Source: a virus (lineage: Duplodnaviria > Caudoviricetes). From it: a stretch of 28,895 nt of DNA. Positions 17,001 through 26,000 of the stretch are shown in pieces. A model generated the notes under the pieces. The model made no database searches. It saw only the letters and a program-made list of their open reading frames with translations, and was not told where the DNA came from. The position numbers were made by a program, and so were the translations under genes. The stretch's first letter is position 1. Each line of letters begins with the position of its first letter. The stretch spans positions 1 through 28,895 of the IMG/VR virus record IMGVR_UViG_3300022073_000033; one strand, 5' to 3'.

Positions 17001-20000
17001 GAAGAACGGCAACAAGTACGAGATTCGCCCGCTGGCAGAGCAGCAAGGGGACTTAATAGTCCAGCAGCCTCCGGCAGTTGAGCCTACCTCCGCAGCTTCG
17101 CCCGCGGTTGAACAGGGCGAGGTGGCCGCCAAGGCGCCTATCGAGATTCCGGAAAAGGCGTTCGCTGACCTGCTGGCCGAAATGGAGCAGGGCGAGGATT
17201 CGATCCCGGTATTCGTCGAGCCGACCAAGACCGTGCGCAGCGAAGACCGCGCCAAGGGCGCTGGCGAAATGACCGTCGAGCAGGCGCAGGCGCTGGTGGC
17301 CGAGTGGGAAGCGCACGCCAAGGCGCAGGGCAAGAGCCGCGTAAACGCCGGCAAGGTGGTGCTGTCGCTGTTCGATACATCGGGCGAGTGGAGCCAGCCC
17401 TGGCTCGACGCCGGCTACGAGGTCCACCGCTTCGATATCCAGGACGGTATGGATATCAACGACTTTTCCGTCGAGTACCTGACCGAGCAGCTGGGCATCG
17501 AGCGCGCCGATATCATCCTGGCCGCGCCGCCCTGCACCGACTTTTCCAGCTCCGGTGCCCATGCCTGGAAGAAGAAGGACGCCGACGGCCGCACCGCTGC
17601 CAGTGTCGAGCTGGTGCGCCAGACCCTGCGCACCGTGGAGCTGTTCCGCCCGTCGTCGTGGGCGCTGGAAAACCCGGTCGGGCGGATCCAGAAGCTGACT
17701 GGCCTTCCCAAGCCGGCGATGACCTTCCAGCCCAACAACTTCGGCGATCCCTACACCAAGCGCACGCTGCTGTGGGGTGACTTCAATACCGAGCTGCCGC
17801 TGGCCAACGTCGCCCCGACCGAGGGGAGCAAGATCACCAACGGGCTTGCCGGCAAGGACAAGTACGGCCGCAGCCTGACCCCGAAAGGGTTTGCCTACGC
17901 CTACTTCATGGCGAACAACCTGGCCGATATGTCGGCTGCCGATCGCCTGGCTGCCGAGTTCAAGGGTTTCCCGCGCGCCGAGTTCCAGGCAGCAACAGAC
18001 GCCGGCATGGCCGAGGCCGATATCCGGACGGCGATCGAGGACAGCTACAACGACCAGGATATCGAGGCGGCGCGCGAGGATCTGCGCAACGCCATGCCGA
18101 CCCCGCCGGAGCCGACCAAGGCGCCAGAACCGCAGGAAGCGGCGCCGGAATCAACCAGCATTGCGGTACGCAGCATTCGCGCGGGCAATAAGCTGGCCCG
18201 TGCGCTGGAAGCTATCGGCTTTACCAAGATCGAAGGCACCAACGGCATGAAGCATGTAGTGGAGGGCGCCGGGCGCGCCGCCACCACCAGCGTGCGAGTC
18301 ATCCGCACGGATGACCAGATCCAGTTCCAGGTGGCATCGACAACAACCAGCATGCAAGACGGCCGCATGAAGGCAGCCGCACCGGGCATGACGGAAACCT
18401 TCGACAGCATGGACGAGGCGGTCGCCCTGGCCGCGCAGTGGCAGGAAGTAAACCGCACGTGGGTGCGTGAGGGTATGTCTAGTACGGCCGAGCTGCCGAG
18501 CGACGAGGCGCTGGCGCTCAAGTCCCGGCATACCAAGCTGGACAAGGCCATGGACCTGCTGAGCGACAAGCAGATCGAGGATCTGTACCGCCGCAGCGGC
18601 CTAGCTGGAGCACACACGCCGGTAGAGCAAAAACGCGCGATCCTGAAAATGGAGCACCCGGACGATATCGAGCCGCTGATGAATGCCAAGCCGGCGCCAG
18701 CAACCGTACCGATCGAGGACGCCCGCAAAGCCGACAAGCTGCGCCAGGTTCGCAAGATGGGGCGCGAGGCATACGACGCAGGCGAAGAACGGACGCCTCC
18801 GGCCTGGATGGGCGAGGGCGACCTTGCTGATGCGTGGCTGGAAGGCTTCGGTGACGGCATCGCGGCGAATGTTCAGCGCAACATGGACGCCCGCAAGGAG
18901 CAGGAGAAGGCCGCCGCGCCGGATCTGGCCCAGCAGCTCGCCGGCATGAGCAATGCCGCGCTGTCGTCGCTGATCGACGATATCGCCGCCGAGGACGCAC
19001 AGGTCGCCGACACGGCCAAGCCTGCGCCCAAGCGCAAGCGCAAGACCCAGCCGAAGGCCAAGGACGCCGCGCCGAAGCCGCGCAGCACCACATCGCCGGC
19101 CGAAAGCGCCGACGAAACCGATGCGGCCGACGTTGAGCGCACCGCCGGCGAGATTGCCAAGAGCTTCGGCTACAATGTCAGCAGCGCCGGCATGGAGGCG
19201 ATCAAGGGGCTCACCGAGCTGTTTGGTGGATCCGGCAGGCTGTCGAGCGGGCTGACGTTCGACGAGGAAACCTATGCCAAGGCCAAGCCGCACTTCCAGG
19301 CCATGTTGCGTGACGCACAGGCAGCCGGGCACGACCTGGCGCAGTTCGTCCGGACGGTATTGCAGAGCTTCGGAACCGGCGTAAAGCCGTACATCATCCG
19401 CTACGCCAACGACCTTCGGGACGAGGTGGCGCAGCCGCAGGAGAACACCAATGGCACAGACAGCACTCAGTCCGCAGTGGATCGAGCAGATCAGGCAGGA
19501 GTACCAGCGCCTGCTGGCGGACGAGGACGTGATACACAACCGGGATCTGCACAAGCGGATACTGGCCGCGTGGCGGCTGGAGAGCCCGAAGCTGTGGGCG
19601 AACCTGTCCAGGGTGGGGCTGACGACGCCGCTGGCCTACGTGCTCCAGGAACGGATGTGGCAGGAGGTGAACGAGCAGCTGCGCCAGGGCGTGCCGCTGA
19701 CGGACGCCCGCGAGCAGGCCGAAAGGAACCATCTGATGCTGGAGCCGGAAGCGCAGAACGAGCCGATCGCAGCCCAAGCGTAACCGCCACCAAGGCACCC
19801 GCCGAAGTCAGTCCAGGCAATCCCGGCCCTGGCAATTTCCACGTAGCTGACCCGCTCAAGATCGTAGGCGGCGGCCAGGTCGCCCGCTTCGACAAGAACC
19901 GCGCCGCAATCGAGCTGTACAACGAGCTGCGCGCCGAGGGCCGTCCGGCCACCCGCGAAGAACAGGAAGTGCTCGCCGGCTACACCGGCTGGGGTTCGTT

Positions 20001-23000
20001 CGGGCAGGAGCTGTTCCAGGGCAGCTGGGCACGCCCTGCGCCGAAAAGCGGCTGGGAAGCGCGCGATGCGTGGCTGCGCGACAACCTGGGCCAGAAGGAA
20101 TGGGAAGGCCTGCAACGCTCCATCACCAACGCCCACTACACCGACCCGCCGACGGTGCTGGCGATGTGGGAAATGGTCAAGCGCATGGGCTTCCAGGGTG
20201 GTCGCGTGCTCGAGCCATCCATGGGCATCGGCAACTTCTTCGGCATGATGCCGGCCGACCTGAAGGCGCGCAGCCAGCTGGCCGGCATCGAGCTGGATCC
20301 GGTCACTGGCGGCATGGCCAAGCTGCTCTATCCGGACGCCAATATCCAGGTGAAGGGCTACCAGGAGTCCAAGACGCCCGACGGCTTCTATGACCTGGTG
20401 ATCGGCAACTGGCCTTTCGAGGATACGGTGATCGCCGATCGCCGGTACCAGCGCCTGAACCCGTATCTGCACGATTACTTCTTCCTGAAAGCGGTGGACC
20501 AGGCCCGCGCCGGTGGCCTGGTGGTCGGCATCACGTCCAAAGGCAGCATGGACAAGAAGTCGATCGGGATCCGCGCCGAGCTGGCCAAGAAGGCCGAGCT
20601 GGTGGCCGCGTTCCGCCTGCCGTCTGGCGCCTTCAAGGAATACGCCGGCACCAGCGTGGTGACGGATATCGTCATCCTGCGCAAGCGTCCCGAACCGGTG
20701 CGCAACATCGCCGACGCGGGCTGGATCGAGTCGGTGGACTACCAGACCCCAAGCGGTGAAACCGTCTCGATCAACGAGTATTACGTCAAGAACCCGCAGA
20801 ACGTCATTGGCACCATCGACTTTGGCCACGGGACCACCTTCAAGCGGCCGGGCATGATCGTTCACCGCCCCGACAACATGACCGAGCAGCTGGAGCGCAT
20901 CACCCAGCTGGCGCCCGAGGGCGCATTCCAGCCCGAGCGCCAGGCGGACACGATCAGCTACATCGCCAACCACACCGCCGACCGCGAGAACTCGCTGATT
21001 CGCACCAAGGACGGCTTGTTTGTGGTGCGGGGCGAGTACCTGGCGCCAGCCAATGAGGTTGCCAAGTACGCCGTCAAGAGCGAGGCGACCACCCGCGCGC
21101 GTGAAGACCAGTTCGACCGCCTCATAGAGCTGCGCAAGCAGTATGCGGCTGTGATCGAGGCGCAGCGCAGCGGTGATGTCAAGGCCGAGCGCAAGGCGCT
21201 AAAGGCCAGCTATGAGGCGTTTGTCGCCAAGCACGGGCCGATCAATGAGAGCTACGGGCTCAGCTACCTGCAAAAGATCGACGACCCGTTCTATGCGTCC
21301 CTGGCGGCGCTGGAGGTCATGGAGAAGGATGGCGCGGCCGTCACCTATCGGCCATCGGCGATCATGTCCAAGGCCACCACGCGCGGTGCGCTGGCTATTG
21401 AGAACCCAAGTATTGCTGACGCTTTCGTGCTGGCGCGTAACCAGTCCATCAATCCGACCTTGGAGCAGGTCGCGGAGATGGCGAAAAGGCCGGTCGCCGA
21501 GGTCAAGTCCGAGCTGTTGAGCAAAGGCGCCGTATTCGAGCTACCAAGCGGCGATGTGGTGCCGTCGGATATCTATCTGTCGGGCAACGTGCGCGAGAAG
21601 CTGCGCGATGCCAAGGCGGCCGTCGCCGAAGGGCTGGCCCAGCTACAGCGCAACATAGACGCCCTGGGCGAGGTGGTGCCGGCCGACGTGCCGTACTACA
21701 AGATCGAGGCGCAGATGGGGGCTTCGTGGGTATCGACCGGCATCTATGCCGAGTACGTCGCTCACATGCTCAACCTGCCCAAGGCTGACGGAATCGACGT
21801 GAGTTATTCCGGTGGTCGCTGGAAGATCAAGCTACCCAACGGCGCCAACAACCGGGCCGAGGCCAGCGCCGGCTTTGGCACCAAGGAGGTTCCATTCTCC
21901 CGTCTGGTGAATGCGGCGATCAGCAATCTGACAATCAACATCAAGCGCAAGGACAGCAACGGAAACGAGTACATCGACAGTGAGGCCACCAAGGAAGTAA
22001 ACGGCAAGATCGGCGAGATTCGCCAGCGCTTCGGCGAGTGGCTATGGTCGGACCCTGAGCGCCGCGAGAGCGTCGAACGCGAGTACAACGACGCCCGCAA
22101 CGCCTACGCAACCCCAAACTTTGACGGCTCCGTGCTGGCGTTCGAAGGCATGGCGCTGAGCCTGGGCAATGGCCCGTTCGACCTGCGTAAGCACCAGCGT
22201 GACGCTATCTGGCGCGCTCTGGTCATGCGCCGCTCGCTCAACGCGCATGAAGTCGGCACCGGCAAGACCTTCACCATGGGCGGCATCGCTGTGGAGTCGC
22301 GCCGCTATGGCATGGCCAAGAAGCCGCTGATCCTGGCGCACAACGCCAACAGCAAGTCGGTCGCCGCTGAAATTCAGATGATGTACCCGGCCGCCAAGGT
22401 GCTCTATATCGACAACCTGTCGCCCGATACCGTGGATATCAAGCTGCGTCAGATAGCGAACGACGATTGGGACGCGGTGGTGCTGCCGCACTCGCTCATT
22501 AACCGCTTGGCGTTCAAGGAAGAAACGCTAATGGAAATGGCCTACGAGGAAATTCGCGAGCTGGAAAGCGCCGCGGCCGAGGCTGCCGAAGAAGATGGCG
22601 TAACCCTGACCAGCGAAATGCTCAAGGATGACAAGGAGCTGGAGAAGCTGCGCTCCGTCACCGCAAAAGACTTAGTGAAAACCCGCAACAAGATCATCAA
22701 CGCCATCAAGAAACAGGCGCAACGGGCATCAAAGGAGGGCGCCACCGCGTTCGAAGACCTGGGCATTGATATGGTGCTGGTCGATGAAGGCCATGAGTTC
22801 AAGAAGCCGCCATTTAGCACGACGATGAAGATGAAGGGCTTGCAGACCAAATCGTCCGACCGCTCGATCGCACTGGCCTTCCTGACCAAGTACATCCGCA
22901 CCCACAACAACGGCGGCAACGTCCACGTCTTCACCGGAACGCCGATCACCAACACGCTGACCGAAGTGTTCCACCAGATGCGCTACATCATGCAGGAGGA

Positions 23001-26000
23001 AATGGAGGCCGCCGGCGTGGATCAGTGGGACGGCTGGTTTGGATCCTTTGCCCGCGAAGTCACCGACGTGGAGCTGAACGCGGCGGCGGAATACGAAGCC
23101 GTAACGCGCCTGTCTGCGTTCATCAACGTGCCCGAGTTGCGCCGGATGATTGGGCAATACATGGACGTGGTATTTGCCGACGACATGCCGGAAATGCAGC
23201 CGCGCCACACCGCCACCGGCAAGAAGATGGACGACGAGGAGCTGACCGAGGCCGAGCGCGCCGAGCTGCTGAACGGACGCACCGAGCAGGCCAAGGACCG
23301 CCCCTACAAGAAGGTCATCATCGACACGGCCGACCTCACCGAGGAACAGAAGGTCGAGTTCCAGAAGATCCAGGGCTATGCCCGTGCCTGGCGCAGCATG
23401 AGCGGCAAGGAACGCAAAGAGACGATGAGCGCTGGCGCCCCTGAATCACCCATCATCTACGAGAACCTGGCCGGCAAAGCCAGCTTTGACGTTCGCCTGA
23501 ACCGCGGCGCCGAGCTGGCCGGTCAGGAAGGGCAGGTACCGGACGAGCCGGACAGCAAGGCCAGTCGCGTCGTGCGCAACGTGCTGGAGGTCTACAATTC
23601 GCACCCGCTCGCCACACAGGTGATATTCGCGCAGCAGGGGCTGTCGACGACGGCAACCCGCAGCGTCGGCCCGGTCGGCGACAAGCGCAAGGTCACCTAC
23701 AAGACCTTCTCGACCATGCGCGATGTGGTCGAGCGCCTGGTTCAGCAGGGTATTCCGCGCGAGCAGATCGCGATTGTTGACGGCGACACCAGCAAGGACA
23801 AGCGCAAGGCGATCGCCGACGCCATGAACCGCGCCGAGATTCGCGTGGTGATCGGCAGCACGCAATCGCTGGGCGTGGGCGTGAACATGCAGCGCAACCT
23901 GCGCGCCATGCACCACATGGACGCGCCATGGATGCCGGGCGATCTGGAACAGCGTAATGGTCGCGGCCACCGCCAAGGCAACCAGTGGAACACGGTGCTC
24001 GAATACCGCTACCTGACCGACCGCCTGGATGGCCGGCGCTGGCAGGTGCTGGCGATCAAGCAGCGCTTCATCACTGCGTTCCTCAAATCCAACGACGCCG
24101 ACCGCGTGATTGAAGGCGACGCGGCCAGCGAGGAAGAAAGCGACATCCTCGAAACCTTCGCCGAGGCGGCAGGCGACCCGCGTATCCTGATTCGCGAGAA
24201 GCTGAAGAAGAAGATCGAGCAGCTGCAATCGCGCGAGCGCCTTCACGGCCAGGCCGTGTCGGATGCCCGCCGATCGCTGCGCATTACCCGCGAGCGCCGC
24301 GACGAGCGGCGCGACAAGCTCAAGGCGCTGGACGATGCCGGCGTGGTCGAGGCGGTCCAGGCGCTGACGGCGGCCACTGCTGGCGCCGGTTTCACCATGA
24401 CCGTGGACGGCACCGAGTACGCCACCCGCAAGGAAGCCGAGGAAGCGATCGCCGCATTCGCCGAGGATAACGTGCGCACCGGCGACAATCGCGCGCACCC
24501 GGTCGGCAGCTTCGGCGGTCACGCGCTGAGCCTGACCTGGCCGTATTGGGCCGATCAGCCGGTCATCACCGCCGATATCAACGGCACGCCAATTTCCAGC
24601 CGCAGCCTGCGCCTACAGAGCCTGGAAACCGCCCTGCGCGGCTACCCAGACGAGATCCAGAAGCAACGCAATGAAGTGGTCGAGGCGGCGCGCACCATTA
24701 CCCGCCTGGAGCAGGTGGCCGGCGAGCCGTTCCACATGGCTGCCGACCTGGAGCGCGCGCAAAAGGACTACGAGCTGCTGGAGAAAGACCTGGAGCAGAA
24801 CCCGGTACCGCCGCCGGCGTGGCTGCGCAGCGGCGTCCCGGTCGATACGGAAGTGACCTGGAAGTCCAAGACATTCCTAGTCACCGGCCACCGCTGGAAC
24901 AAAGACGGTTGGTTCGTGCTGGCCGCCGATGCCAAAGGCAACGTAGTGATCCCCTACACCGAGGCGCGGGACGCGCAAGGCATGGCCGTCTACGAGGAGC
25001 GCCCGTTCGAGGCGCCGGAAGTGGTCACCAAGGAAAACCCGCAAGGGCTGACCGAGGCCGACGCTGTGCCGACCGACTCAGGCGTCCGGTTCTCCGTCGG
25101 TTCGCGCCCCTCCGGCGCTACCCGAATCCGTTTTCTCGACCGGGGGGCAGTACAGAAGGCTGCCGTCAAGGCGGTAGGTGAGGCGACCGCTGGGCGGTTC
25201 GTCTTCACTAGCTTCGCGGACCTTCCGGCGGGGATTCGTGATGCGGTAGAGCGCCAGGGCATACCGCCGCGCGAGATTAAAGGGGTTCATTGGAAGGGTA
25301 AAACCTATCTGGTGGATGACCGTTTCACGACGGCTGATGAAGTGCGTCGCGCCGTGTTCCACGAACACTATGCCCATTACGGCCTGCGGTCCATGTACGG
25401 CAAAGAGCTGGAAGCGCGCCTGTCCATGCTGCTGTCGCGCGTCGGTGGCAAGGATGGCGTGCTCAAGCTGGCGCGCGAGCAGCGTATCGACCTGAGCGAG
25501 TATGAGGCGGCCGGCAAGCGGGACAAGAAGCTGACCGAGAAACAACGCCACCTGATCCTGATGGAGGAACTGCTGGCGCACGCGGCCGAAACAACCGGCA
25601 CCCTTCGCCGTATCGTGGAGGAATGGGTAGGGCTGGTGCGTGACTGGCTGCGCAAGAAGGGCTATGCGGAGCTGGCCGAATACGGTATTACCGACTTGGC
25701 GTATGAGCTGAAAGCCGCCCGTAAAGAGGCTATTCGAGCGGACGAGGCGACGGACGGCCAGCCGCTGTTCAAGCTGGTAGGTGGCGTCGATCAGACCGCT
25801 ACCGATGCGTTCCGCAGCTGGTTTGGTGCGTCCAAGGTGGTCGACAAGCAGGGCGAGCCGCAGGTGCTGTATCACGGTACCGCCTCGGAGTTCACTGTGT
25901 TCGAGAATCGCGCGGGCAACAGCACCGGGCACGCCACGTCCGACCTGGGCTACTTCATGACCAGCGATCAGCGCAGCGCCGAGGGCTACGCACGCAACGC

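Noticed and set aside
17304-17780. Other alternate-frame plus-strand ORFs inside the giant gene (e.g. 17304-17780, 23025-23444, 28278-28823)
   Set aside because: Arg/Gly/Pro-rich junk translations overlapping conserved domains, with no convincing RBS, unlike 19451-19783.
16273-24100. ParB, MTases and helicase as a host restriction-modification or partition system
   Set aside because: All are domains of one ORF in a virion operon. No restriction endonuclease, specificity subunit or ParA is seen.
13222-24522. Other long minus-strand ORFs (13222-14580, 14451-15626, 18601-19554, 19636-20973, 23446-24522)
   Set aside because: They lie opposite clear plus-strand coding sequence. Long stop-free antisense frames are expected at this GC content.
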